Of a DNA stretch of 64,000 nt, positions 20,195 through 29,639 are shown in pieces. Numbering within the stretch: the stretch's first letter is position 1; each line of letters starts with the position of its first letter. The translations under genes were made by a program, and so were the position numbers. The DNA comes from Saprospiraceae bacterium (GTDB lineage Bacteria; Bacteroidota; Bacteroidia; Chitinophagales; Saprospiraceae): positions 23,887 through 87,886 of the forward strand of contig JADKGF010000001.1 in the NCBI GenBank assembly GCA_016717105.1. Reading direction: 5' to 3'. The notes beneath the pieces are model-generated. The model saw only the letters and a program-made list of their open reading frames with translations. It did not search any database and was not told the origin of the DNA.

Positions 20195-20451
20195 AATACT
20201 TTTAATTAATGTACGAAGATTTTAAAAATGCGTGCAAAGATAATACAAATTTTCTGATAATTTTATAATATTCGTTCAGGAAAAAATAAATAAATTGTAA
20301 ATCAATCAAATACGAACATTTTGAATTGTGCCGTCATCTTGGATTTGGTTCTTATTTGCGTCCGATTTTAGTACAAGAATCTCTTAAAATTACATTCAGC
20401 AAAAAAATTTTATAGATTTGTGATTAATACAACATTTTAAACAATTAGATA

Positions 20452-21798
20452 ATGAATAATAATTCAGACCTAAGAATGCCACCTATTTTTACTGACAATT
20501 TTGTGGTATTCGGTATTCTTATGATTTTGCTGGCTTTTGTATTCTACACATCCTCCAGTCAAAGTACTTTTTGGAAAAAGTTTTACACAGTAATGCCTTC
20601 ACTCTTGATGTGTTATTTACTACCATCCATTCTAAGTTCATTAAACATTATATCTCCTGAATGGCATGCTGTCGATGATACAGGAAATTTTATTTTGGAT
20701 GAAAACATGCAACCTACATCGGTCAAACTTTCTTTGTATCATGTTGCCAGTCGTTTATTATTGCCAGCAGCTTTAATCTTGTTAACACTGAGTATTGACA
20801 TGAAAGCATTATTCGGCTTAGGCAACAAAGCGCTGATCATGTTCTTGACTGGTACTGTAGGCGTCATTTTAGGTGGTCCTATAGCTATGCTCATTACTTC
20901 ATTTTTTGCGCCCGAAGTCGTAGGAGGTGCAGGTTTTGATGCCGTATGGAGAGGGCTATCTACTATCGCTGGGAGTTGGATAGGTGGCGGCGCAAATCAA
21001 ACTGCCATGCTAGAGATTTATAAATACAATCAAGCAAATTACGGTGCTATGGTACTTGTGGACATCGTAGTTGCTAATATATGGATGGCAGTTTTACTTT
21101 ATGGCATCGGGAAAAAAGAAAAAATTGACTCTTGGTTAAAAGCGGATAATACAGCAATAGATGAGCTAAAGGAAAAAGTTTCTAATTATACCGCTTCGAT
21201 TAGCAAGATTCCTACAGTCAGGGACTATATGATTTTATTAGGTGTTGTGTTTGGTGCCGTTGGTTTCTCACATTGGAGTAGCCTAGAGATACCGGACCTA
21301 TTAACGTCTGTATTTCCAGCCTTTGGTGAGAAAGGCAGTATGTTGAGTACATTTACTGATAGCTTTTTTTGGATGGTAACAATAGCTACTGTAATAGGTG
21401 TACTGATGTCATTCACATCAATGAAAACTTTTGAAGGAATAGGTGCCAGCAAAATAGGAAGTTTGCTCATTTATATCCTCGTAGCTACCATCGGTATGAA
21501 AATGGATTTAAATTCAATAATCAATAGTCCGGGACTGATCGTAGTAGGTTTAATTTGGATTTCTTTCCATGGAATATTATTAATAATCGTAGCAAAAATA
21601 ATCAAGGCACCTTACTTTTACCTTGCAGTCGGTAGCCAAGCAAATATCGGAGGTGCAGCTTCGGCCCCGATTGTAGCGTCTGCCTTCCACACTTCATTGG
21701 CTAGTGTCGGTGTGTTGCTTGCAATTTTTGGATACATAATAGGAACTTATGGTGCAATCTTGAGTGCTGTAATGATGGAAGCAATAGCGCCAAAATAA
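20452..21798 (+). CDS. Polytopic membrane protein, DUF819-like
   Basis: About 11 hydrophobic segments. GSWIGGGANQTAM resembles the conserved DUF819 (YjcL-like) segment. Confidence 0.55.
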   Translation: MNNNSDLRMPPIFTDNFVVFGILMILLAFVFYTSSSQSTFWKKFYTVMPSLLMCYLLPSILSSLNIISPEWHAVDDTGNFILDENMQPTSVKLSLYHVASRLLLPAALILLTLSIDMKALFGLGNKALIMFLTGTVGVILGGPIAMLITSFFAPEVVGGAGFDAVWRGLSTIAGSWIGGGANQTAMLEIYKYNQANYGAMVLVDIVVANIWMAVLLYGIGKKEKIDSWLKADNTAIDELKEKVSNYTASISKIPTVRDYMILLGVVFGAVGFSHWSSLEIPDLLTSVFPAFGEKGSMLSTFTDSFFWMVTIATVIGVLMSFTSMKTFEGIGASKIGSLLIYILVATIGMKMDLNSIINSPGLIVVGLIWISFHGILLIIVAKIIKAPYFYLAVGSQANIGGAASAPIVASAFHTSLASVGVLLAIFGYIIGTYGAILSAVMMEAIAPK

Positions 21799-21799
21799 A

Positions 21800-21840
21800 G
21801 AAGCACGCCTGACCTTGTAGATCGAAGCGTGCTTCATTTT
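21800..21840. terminator. Bidirectional intrinsic terminator between convergent genes
   Basis: A perfect 9-bp GC-rich stem, gaagcacgc...gcgtgcttc, is followed by atttta on the + strand and by TTTATTTT on the - strand. It starts 2 nt after the + strand stop. Confidence 0.6.
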
Positions 21841-21856
21841 ATCTAGAGATGGTAAA

Positions 21857-22807
21857 TTATAGAGAATAAGAAAGTCCTAAGACATAAGCTGTCTGTAAGC
21901 CATTCTTGTCACCCAATAATACGCCTTCTTGAGGACTAAATCTCATGTTGTGAGTAAATCCTACACCAATACCATTGAATACTTTGAAATTAAAGCTATT
22001 TGTCCAAGTTCCATTATGTAATGCTGGATCAGCACTTTTATAACTGAAAAATCCTGAAAGTTGTGAATCCCAAGTGATACCATTAGCAATCTTTGTGGTA
22101 TATTTTCCAAGGATTTTACATCCAAGTGATGGTGTAAATTTATCATCTGCATCAGAAAATACAATGTTATAGTTCAATGGATGGAATACAAATAAAAGGT
22201 TGTTCATTGGAGTATAAGTGACTCCAACTCCCAAGTCCAAATATCCTGGATTATTGAAATTTTCAATAATTGAAGATCTATATTCACCCAATGCTGATGC
22301 AGCTAACTTAGAAGACAATTTATAGCCAAAAAGTGAGTTGATATTCAACACATCTGTAACTGGTTGAAATTTAGGATCTGCAAGGTTTAATTCCTTTTCA
22401 TTACCTAACTTCAATTTTTGTAACCCAACTTGTATCTTTAAAGTGTTATTCCAAAAATACTTATCATGCATTTTGTTTGCAAATGCTCTAAAATCACCAG
22501 CTAAAACTGTAGTGGTAGAATTTCTAAGGTCCTTAACTGGTTCTGTAAAGTTTGCAGCTGAAAACCAATTGGATCTACCTGTCAAATTTGCACCGATCAA
22601 ACCAGCAAAACCTTTTGTCCAGCCAGGAAAAGTTGCAATTTTAGCATTTACAGCATCGATCTCTGCTTTGATGGCATCGGCTTGTGCTACTACAGGAGCT
22701 GCTTTGGCTTCAAGATCTGCTTTTTGTTTTTTCAAATCATCTAAGGTCTGCGCGCTTACTATCGAAAATGATAGTGCAAAAAATAAAAATGTTAAAATGT
22801 TTCTCAT
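21857..22807 (-). CDS. Outer-membrane beta-barrel protein, DUF3078-like
   Basis: Signal peptide MRNILTFLFFALSFSIVSAQ, then a short coiled region, then alternating beta-strand-like sequence ending in an aromatic-rich C-terminus (...VLGLSYSL). Confidence 0.5.
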   Translation of the reverse strand: MRNILTFLFFALSFSIVSAQTLDDLKKQKADLEAKAAPVVAQADAIKAEIDAVNAKIATFPGWTKGFAGLIGANLTGRSNWFSAANFTEPVKDLRNSTTTVLAGDFRAFANKMHDKYFWNNTLKIQVGLQKLKLGNEKELNLADPKFQPVTDVLNINSLFGYKLSSKLAASALGEYRSSIIENFNNPGYLDLGVGVTYTPMNNLLFVFHPLNYNIVFSDADDKFTPSLGCKILGKYTTKIANGITWDSQLSGFFSYKSADPALHNGTWTNSFNFKVFNGIGVGFTHNMRFSPQEGVLLGDKNGLQTAYVLGLSYSL

Positions 22808-22838
22808 GAAATAAAATGAATTTAAATTGGTTAACTAA

Positions 22839-23672
22839 TTATTTGTGATGAATCTCAATATTATCCAAAAGGATTTTATTGAGTGGAATTATTACATCTT
22901 TCTGTCCAGTATCAAGTGTGACGGATGACTTATCTACGTTAGAAATAGTGCCTGTGACGCCATTAAGTGTGACCTTGTCACCGATATTCAGTTTATCTTT
23001 GGTATAATAAGATGCAAGAAAAGAAGCCACAAGATCTTTTGAAGCTAGGCCATATCCGATAGAAAATGCCAATACAGCACCACCAATGATGATCGAGATA
23101 TTCTGTGCAAAAAAGTCGGTGTTGATCTGTGCTTGTGATAATGCCACAATGATGACATTGATAAAAATAAAATAAAAAACAAAATAGCCTATAATATTGG
23201 CCGATGGCATACCTATCGACTTACAAGTTGTAGTCACCACATTTTTGAGTGTGTCAGCAAGCAAGATACCAGCTATCAATATTACAAAAGCAGCAATCAG
23301 GTTCGGTACAAATTTGATGACATCCTGTATAAGCTCAGCAAGAACCGGCATGTCTAAAACACCGACAGCTGTCATGATAAAAATTAGCATCATCATATAA
23401 TAGACCATCTTACCAGCTATATTACTGAGCTTTATTTCTATGTTATTGTTTGCAAGAATGTCTATTTCATTTAATTTATCACCCAATTTGTCCACTTTAG
23501 CCTTCTGCAGTGTTCCGACAATCACTTTTTTTACAATCTTCGAAACTATCATTCCCGCAAGCAAAATAAATGCTGCAGTTATAAATTTGGGTATAGCCGT
23601 CACCATACCTAAGAGCATATCTGATAATGCTTTTTGGATATCCTGACTGAAGATTAAAGTGAATAATTGCAT
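22839..23672 (-). CDS. Small mechanosensitive-channel-like membrane protein (TM-helix repeats plus MscS-type beta domain)
   Basis: Several hydrophobic helices followed by GDKVTLNGVTGTISNVDKSSVTLDTGQKDVIIPLNKIL, which resembles the MscS beta-domain signature. Confidence 0.5.
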   Translation of the reverse strand: MQLFTLIFSQDIQKALSDMLLGMVTAIPKFITAAFILLAGMIVSKIVKKVIVGTLQKAKVDKLGDKLNEIDILANNNIEIKLSNIAGKMVYYMMMLIFIMTAVGVLDMPVLAELIQDVIKFVPNLIAAFVILIAGILLADTLKNVVTTTCKSIGMPSANIIGYFVFYFIFINVIIVALSQAQINTDFFAQNISIIIGGAVLAFSIGYGLASKDLVASFLASYYTKDKLNIGDKVTLNGVTGTISNVDKSSVTLDTGQKDVIIPLNKILLDNIEIHHK

Positions 23673-23908
23673 GTTTTATAAATATATTTATTTGGGTATT
23701 TTTTTTGTTTTTTATCTTTTGCACCTGGTGATGTCAGATCAAATGACTTTAATACCTGACCAGCACTCGGCAAATAAAGTTCGATAAGATGCCCTATAAA
23801 ACCAAACAATCCGATATTAGCTGATATCTTCTTTTTGGTCTTTTCGCTGGCATTGCCCCGTTCTTTTATATAAATTTCCTCTAATTCTTTAAAACTATTT
23901 TTTGTCAC
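23654..23908 (-). CDS. Small single-pass membrane protein, possible anti-sigma partner
   Basis: An 84-codon ORF lying 26 nt downstream of the ECF sigma gene, with one hydrophobic segment (ISANIGLFGFIGHLIELYL). There is no zinc-anti-sigma motif, so the call rests on position only. Confidence 0.35.
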   Translation of the reverse strand: MTKNSFKELEEIYIKERGNASEKTKKKISANIGLFGFIGHLIELYLPSAGQVLKSFDLTSPGAKDKKQKKYPNKYIYKTCNYSL

Positions 23909-23934
23909 TTTCTACATTTTTAATAACCCTAAAA

Positions 23935-24537
23935 TTAACCTGACCGACTGTAATTTTCTTGATAGATCTTTAAGAAGCGTTCCTTCGCTCGAAGTATCTT
24001 CATTTTTACGGCACTTTCTGTTTTTTCCATCACATCACATATTTCTTTTATAGACAGATCATCCTGATATTTCATCATTAAGATACTCTTATCTTCGACG
24101 TTCATAAGTCCCAAAACTTGCTTGAGCCTAAAAACATTGGTTTCCATAATTTCCGCATCTAGCATGCCATCATCTTCCAAGTCCAATTTTGTATTGTCTT
24201 CTAGGGATACAATGATCTCCTTTTTTCCTTTTCTGATGATATCAATACAATAATTATACGTTACCGAATACAGCCAAGTCGAAAACTTAGATTTACCACT
24301 GAATTTTGAAATACTTAATAACACTTTTACAAAAATTTCTTGTGTGGCATCTTCTGCTAGTTCGCTTTCTTTGAGCATAGATATACACTTCGAATATACT
24401 TTATTTGTATATCTGTCATAAAGCAAATTAAAATAATTTACATTCTGTGTTAGAAGGTATTGCTCTAATGCTTCTTCGTCACTCATCGTTTTGTACGAAG
24501 AGTGGGTTATTATGGGATTAAGAAGATTAATTATCAA
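23935..24537 (-). CDS. ECF-type sigma-70 family RNA polymerase sigma factor
   Basis: Region 2 (FSTWLYSVTYNYCIDIIR) and region 4 (LSIKEICDVMEKTESAVKMKILRAKERF) are recognisable. The ATG at 24486 (MSDEEALEQ...) is a more likely start than the TTG at 24537. Confidence 0.85.
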   Translation of the reverse strand: MIINLLNPIITHSSYKTMSDEEALEQYLLTQNVNYFNLLYDRYTNKVYSKCISMLKESELAEDATQEIFVKVLLSISKFSGKSKFSTWLYSVTYNYCIDIIRKGKKEIIVSLEDNTKLDLEDDGMLDAEIMETNVFRLKQVLGLMNVEDKSILMMKYQDDLSIKEICDVMEKTESAVKMKILRAKERFLKIYQENYSRSG

Positions 24538-24580
24538 TATAAAACCTCATTTAGTTTTAAAGGGATACTTATTACGTATT

Positions 24581-24604
24581 GACGTATTTAATTAAAAAAG
24601 TTTC
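24581..24604 (-). promoter_or_regulatory. Candidate ECF-type (autoregulated) promoter
   Basis: The minus strand reads GAAAC-N15-CGTC, close to the TGAAAC-N16-CGTA type of ECF promoter. It lies 44 nt upstream of 24537. Confidence 0.3.
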
Positions 24605-24771
24605 GCAAATGTACGTGAAAAAGTGAAATAATGACAAAATTTTCGTCAAGTCCTAATAATCAGGCTTGTCTGTAAACTTTTATGCTAAATAAAATACCGC
24701 TGTTAAGATTGTGTTAAAAGTAATAACCACTATAATCCAAAGGAAATCTGAAACGTTTTAACTAAATAAAT

Positions 24772-25959
24772 TTGAAACCGATGAGATTATTCATTCAATT
24801 ACTTGCAGCTGGTGTCACAGGAGGACTGATTGTGTTGGGTGGCTCAAATATATTATTTCCACATAACCAAAAGGAAGCTTCTATACGATATGATGCCCAA
24901 CCTACTTTTGCATCTAATCAATCAGCAAGTGTTTATAGCATGCCAAATGATTTCGTAGAAAGTGCAAAAAAATCGACTGGTTCTGTAGTCCATATTTATG
25001 CAGAAGAAAGTGAAGATCAGGTAATTAACCGCAGAAAAAGCAGAAGGTCTGATCCTTTTTCTGACTTTTTTGGTTTTGAAGATTTTTTTGGTGGTGGCAA
25101 TTTTTATGCACCAAAAAACGGTAGTGGATCGGGCGTAATCTACTCCGCAGACGGGTATATCATTACGAATAATCACGTAGTCGGTTTTGCGGATAAAATT
25201 ACGGTCACCGACCATGAAGGCAAAAAATATAATGCACGAAAAGTAGGTACCGATGAATCGACAGATCTTGCTGTGATAAAAGTAGAAGGTGTGAAAGCTT
25301 TTGTACCGATGCATTTGGGTGATTCAGAGAAAGTGAATGTGGGAGAATGGGTACTTGCCGTGGGTAATCCGTTCGGTTATCTTACATCTACTGTGACGGC
25401 AGGAATCGTGAGTGCTAAAGGGCGATCTTTAGATATTATTCAAAATGATAAAAAAATAGAAGAGTTCATCCAAACAGATGCAGCTATTAATCCTGGTAAT
25501 AGTGGCGGTGCATTGGTTAATCTCCAAGGTGAACTTATAGGTATCAACACTGCAATTGCAACACCTACAGGTGTATTTGCTGGTTATTCATTTGCCATTC
25601 CATCGAAAATAGTCAAAAAAGTAGCTTCTGATATCATAGAAAAAGGTGGAAATATAGAAAGGACCAATCTGGGCGTTGGTGGTTATGATGTCAATGAAGA
25701 TCTGGTAAAGGAATTTAAACTCGATATTAAAAATAAAAAAGGGTTTTATATCGAAGAAGTAGAAAAGAGAAGCGCCGCTCAAATGGGTGGATTATTGCCA
25801 GGTGACATCATCATTGGGATAAATAATATGCCTGTAGAAAATTATGATGATATCGAAAAGCACATGAAATACAATAAAGTTGGAGATAAGGTAAATATAA
25901 GAGTAAACAGAAGTGGTAAAGAGATAACTATTCCTTTACAATTAAGAAAGAGTTTTTGA
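24772..25959 (+). CDS. HtrA/DegP-family periplasmic serine protease with one PDZ domain
   Basis: Catalytic triad contexts TNNHVV, DLAVIK and GNSGGALVN. The PDZ region reads GGLLPGDIIIGINNMPV. The ATG at 24781 (MRLFIQLLAAG...) is an alternative start. Confidence 0.9.
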   Translation: MKPMRLFIQLLAAGVTGGLIVLGGSNILFPHNQKEASIRYDAQPTFASNQSASVYSMPNDFVESAKKSTGSVVHIYAEESEDQVINRRKSRRSDPFSDFFGFEDFFGGGNFYAPKNGSGSGVIYSADGYIITNNHVVGFADKITVTDHEGKKYNARKVGTDESTDLAVIKVEGVKAFVPMHLGDSEKVNVGEWVLAVGNPFGYLTSTVTAGIVSAKGRSLDIIQNDKKIEEFIQTDAAINPGNSGGALVNLQGELIGINTAIATPTGVFAGYSFAIPSKIVKKVASDIIEKGGNIERTNLGVGGYDVNEDLVKEFKLDIKNKKGFYIEEVEKRSAAQMGGLLPGDIIIGINNMPVENYDDIEKHMKYNKVGDKVNIRVNRSGKEITIPLQLRKSF

Positions 25960-26021
25960 GTTTTGAAGTTTTAAATTTTTTGTTGGTTAAATAAAAGTTG
26001 GTTTTTCGTTTTGTTTTGATT

Positions 26022-26056
26022 CGTCTGCTCTGTCCAAAAAGAGCAGACGTTTTTTT
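26022..26056 (+). terminator. Intrinsic terminator after the HtrA gene
   Basis: A perfect 10-bp stem, cgtctgctct / agagcagacg, with an 8-nt loop, followed immediately by T7. Confidence 0.8.
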
Positions 26057-26081
26057 GTCTGTTACTTGTTAAGTCCTATTT

Positions 26082-26528
26082 TCAGGTTAAAAATATTTTT
26101 CCATTCCACCAGTCTTTTTCAATCGTGGCATTATTCTTTTTATAAAATTCAAGGCCAATATTATTCCAATCCAATACTTGCCACTTCGTCATATTGGCAC
26201 CCAAGTTTTTAGCTTCCATAATATAAGCGTCAAACAGCTTCTGACCGATTCCAAATTTTCTGAAGCCTGGCTGGACATAAAAATCTTCCAAATATAGACA
26301 CTTACCTTTCCAAGTGGAAAATGTCATATAAAATATAGCGATCCCAACCACATTATCATTTTGGGTGGCTACAAAACCATCGATTAGTGATTCGGTATAT
26401 GCTTCTATATATTCATTTACAGATATAATTAATGCTTCTGGTTCTTTTTCGAAAACAGCCAGTTCGTGCACTAAATTATACACGTCTTGCATGTCATCTA
26501 CTGTGACTTTTCTTATTACTATGTCCAT
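26082..26528 (-). CDS. GNAT-family N-acetyltransferase
   Basis: 148 aa. VQPGFRKFGIGQKLF fits the acetyl-CoA-binding motif A (Q/RxxGxG/A). Confidence 0.85.
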   Translation of the reverse strand: MDIVIRKVTVDDMQDVYNLVHELAVFEKEPEALIISVNEYIEAYTESLIDGFVATQNDNVVGIAIFYMTFSTWKGKCLYLEDFYVQPGFRKFGIGQKLFDAYIMEAKNLGANMTKWQVLDWNNIGLEFYKKNNATIEKDWWNGKIFLT

Positions 26529-26573
26529 TAGTATGATTTAATGAGGACGAAATTATTCAAAATTATATTATGG

Positions 26574-27194
26574 TCAATACTTTTTTACTAAGTTTTTGAG
26601 ACCTTCTATTGTTTTCGGAGGACCCGATGTAAGACTTTCATTTACCAACCATATTGGTACGTTGCCTCCCGGATCCATATATCCGTGATGCGTGACCAAC
26701 AATTTACCGTTATTCGTTTTTACAATTTCCCAACCACCTGATATATTCTTAATAAGTGATGCATTCTGATGCAAATCAGGTATAGGATAAGAGAAATATT
26801 CAGTAGTAACTGTTATTTTTCCCATATATTCATTGTAGTTTATTGTGCCTTTTATAGTAGTAATCCTATCTTCAAAAGGAAATGGCAAATCATACTCCAA
26901 GAGATAGATTGCTTCATTTGAATTGATTTTTTTTAGTAAACTCACACGTTTCACCTTGTCATACCATTGGTGCATGTGCTCTACATCCTTCAAGATATTA
27001 TACACAGATTGCAAATCTTCATTGAGTTCTGTCTGAATTTTAAATTGTTTACATTCCAAATTCTCCACATCTTTCATCCAAAGTGTGTATGCTGTATTTT
27101 GCTTATGCAACTTCCATTGGGATTGAGCGTTCAGATTTCTATCGAACAAACCTAAAACCAATATCCAGATAATAACACAAAACTTAATACTCAC
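26574..27194 (-). CDS. Secreted START/SRPBCC-like lipid-binding-fold protein
   Basis: Signal peptide MSIKFCVIIWILVLGLF...NAQ. Size and pattern (W..W...V.....E.D.PFPFEDR) resemble bacterial START domains. Confidence 0.45.
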   Translation of the reverse strand: MSIKFCVIIWILVLGLFDRNLNAQSQWKLHKQNTAYTLWMKDVENLECKQFKIQTELNEDLQSVYNILKDVEHMHQWYDKVKRVSLLKKINSNEAIYLLEYDLPFPFEDRITTIKGTINYNEYMGKITVTTEYFSYPIPDLHQNASLIKNISGGWEIVKTNNGKLLVTHHGYMDPGGNVPIWLVNESLTSGPPKTIEGLKNLVKKY

Positions 27195-27196
27195 GA

Positions 27197-29233
27197 TTAT
27201 TTTACAACATTGAATGCCTGTGAAGAAACCACTTTCCCATCTACAAATAATATTGCTCTATAGCTGCCCTGAGGAAAATTTTGAACATTTATTTCTGATT
27301 GACCTTTATTAAATGAATATTCGCCTACGATCTTCCCAATTGAATTATATATTCTTATCATTCCGGTATCGGGAATTGATATTACCACAGACTCTGATGC
27401 TGGATTTGGTGATATTTTTAATTCAGCTTGTCTTTCGGTTCTGAATACTGATGCTAAAGGGCTAACTTGCCTCTTTCCATCATAATCCACAGCTATTATT
27501 TTGTAAATATTCTGACCACTTTCAGTAGCTAAATCTTCATAACTATATGACCTTTCTTTTGAGAACCCGAAAGCAGCTACTTCTCCACATTCGCGCCATT
27601 GATTATTTTCATGTTCATATTTTGCTATAAGATAATGACTTACATTGATCTCAGATGCTACCGTCCAAGACACAAGATTGGATGTTGCTGTTGATTTCAC
27701 ACTGATATCCTTCCAAAAAACAGGTAAAACCGCATAAGTAGTTCCGGCATCTATATTTCGCATCGTATCACAAGGGCCCACAATGAAAAAATTGGTTGTT
27801 CCGTCACCGAATGCCCCTGTGACATCAGAATCAACAGTTTGTATCCCAGCAAAAGGTGTTGTAAATGTAAGTGCAGGAACAGAAAAATACTTAATAAAAT
27901 ACTCGCCCGGACGCACCTGATCAAAAAAACAAAATCCTGATTCGTCAGTGAGCGTATGTGCCACTACAGAACCATCGGGATAACATAAATGTGCCGTTAT
28001 ACCAGACATCACCACTTCAGTATTTTCTCTCAATCCATCTTGTGACGAATCTAGCCAAACCACACCTGAAATATAAGCTGGACAAAAAAGACCTGTGTTT
28101 ATATGGCAAAAATTGTCACCACTTTTTAGCACTCGATGGTTTGTAATTAATCGAGACCCAGAAAGAAAATAATGGTTATATGTATCTGGATTGGATGTAG
28201 CAAATGGCAAACCCGGCATCAAATGCGTGATGGAATTTATAACTACTTCAGAATAATAAATACCCGGCGGAACACAAAATTCATAATATCCGTCATTGCT
28301 CGGGCTATCAGGTTGATGTGCTGTTATCTTAGTGTCAAAAATTATAGAATCTTGTCCATCTATTTTCCATAATCTAACCTCCAACCCATTTACACCATTT
28401 TCCTCGGAGTCTATAGAGTCACTCACATTGCCATCATAGTAAATGATACCACATATCTTGGCGCATATATAAAATCCTGCATCTAAATCAAAAACATTTG
28501 CTGTTGGGGATAAATTAAACGCATCTGTGGTGAAATCACCATTTGCATCTGTAATATTACTGTTTATGTGAGTATCGCTCGAATTAATTATGGTTTTTTG
28601 ATATCCAGAAGGTGGGATAAATCGTATGAAATAATCACCTGGAATCAAATTATTAAATAAATAAATGCCATTTGATGTAGTTGTGGTAGTTTGAATAATA
28701 CTTGATGAATATACATTTACCAACTCTACTTCTACGTTTGGTATTCCGGGTTCGTTGATTTCCTGTAGTCCATTTCCATTCAGGTCATCCCATACCTTAT
28801 CGCCTACTGAACCTAGAATAGCCAAGCCAGCATGGATTTCAAGGCTTTCGTCCACAAGAGAAAAACAATCAGAATATCCTGTCGATGCGACTTGATTGTC
28901 TGTAGAAGGATCTAAAATAGTAAATGAATAGAAACTATTAATACCCGACGTACTCACAAAGATTTTATAATTTTCATTTGGAATACCAGAAAAAGTAAAC
29001 GAACCATCATTTTGTGTAAGTACAGCATCGGTAAATTGACCTGTACACGTAAACAAAAATACTGGTATCTGAGGGAATACATCTTCTCCCTGATCGATCA
29101 TACCATTTATATTTTCATCATGCCAAACTATTCCACTGACTGATCCTGAAACAGTGTGTGATCTTGATTCAAAATTTTTGGCTTGTAATAACGTACAATA
29201 CAAAATAAATGAACATAACAAAAAGTACTTCAT
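27197..29233 (-). CDS. Secreted protein with repeated SdrD-B/Cna-B-like domains and a T9SS C-terminal sorting domain
   Basis: Repeats of the form G.VW.D.N.NG..D..E.G......V.L...........T...G.Y.F..L..G.Y occur about four times. The tail, LKISPNPASESVVISIPDTG...GSYRAILFVDGKVVSSQAFNVVK, is T9SS CTD-like. Confidence 0.8.
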   Translation of the reverse strand: MKYFLLCSFILYCTLLQAKNFESRSHTVSGSVSGIVWHDENINGMIDQGEDVFPQIPVFLFTCTGQFTDAVLTQNDGSFTFSGIPNENYKIFVSTSGINSFYSFTILDPSTDNQVASTGYSDCFSLVDESLEIHAGLAILGSVGDKVWDDLNGNGLQEINEPGIPNVEVELVNVYSSSIIQTTTTTSNGIYLFNNLIPGDYFIRFIPPSGYQKTIINSSDTHINSNITDANGDFTTDAFNLSPTANVFDLDAGFYICAKICGIIYYDGNVSDSIDSEENGVNGLEVRLWKIDGQDSIIFDTKITAHQPDSPSNDGYYEFCVPPGIYYSEVVINSITHLMPGLPFATSNPDTYNHYFLSGSRLITNHRVLKSGDNFCHINTGLFCPAYISGVVWLDSSQDGLRENTEVVMSGITAHLCYPDGSVVAHTLTDESGFCFFDQVRPGEYFIKYFSVPALTFTTPFAGIQTVDSDVTGAFGDGTTNFFIVGPCDTMRNIDAGTTYAVLPVFWKDISVKSTATSNLVSWTVASEINVSHYLIAKYEHENNQWRECGEVAAFGFSKERSYSYEDLATESGQNIYKIIAVDYDGKRQVSPLASVFRTERQAELKISPNPASESVVISIPDTGMIRIYNSIGKIVGEYSFNKGQSEINVQNFPQGSYRAILFVDGKVVSSQAFNVVK

Positions 29234-29639
29234 TTTTAATCGGTTTTGGTAATTAAGGTGCTGACAGAAGCTTGGGATTTTTCTATCTGACTACAAACTT
29301 AAGCCTTTTTGATGTGAACTTGGTGATAATGTGTTAGTTAATTTTACTCCAAATTGACATATTATTTTACGTAATTTATTGTAAATTAGAATATTACAAA
29401 CTCATTACAATTCATTTGGATGTATAATAATAAGATAATTAATGGATAATAGAAATTTCAAATCACACATTGCTATCTTTTATAATTTTAAGATACGTAT
29501 TACATGTTTTTATACCACAATGCATCAATGGTAATTTTTTGTTATACCCTTTTTGCTTAAAGTTGTTGTAATCCTGCAATTTCTCATACTATTTACTGAC
29601 CTTTGTGGCTGCTGGTAAACTTTCAAACATCACAAGCGT

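Noticed and set aside
29234-29639. A possible riboswitch or leader in the 406-nt spacer upstream of purL (ZTP/purine type).
   Set aside because: The sequence is AT-rich with no conserved ZTP or purine riboswitch core and no stable GC stems that I could find by eye. A covariance-model scan would be needed to be sure.
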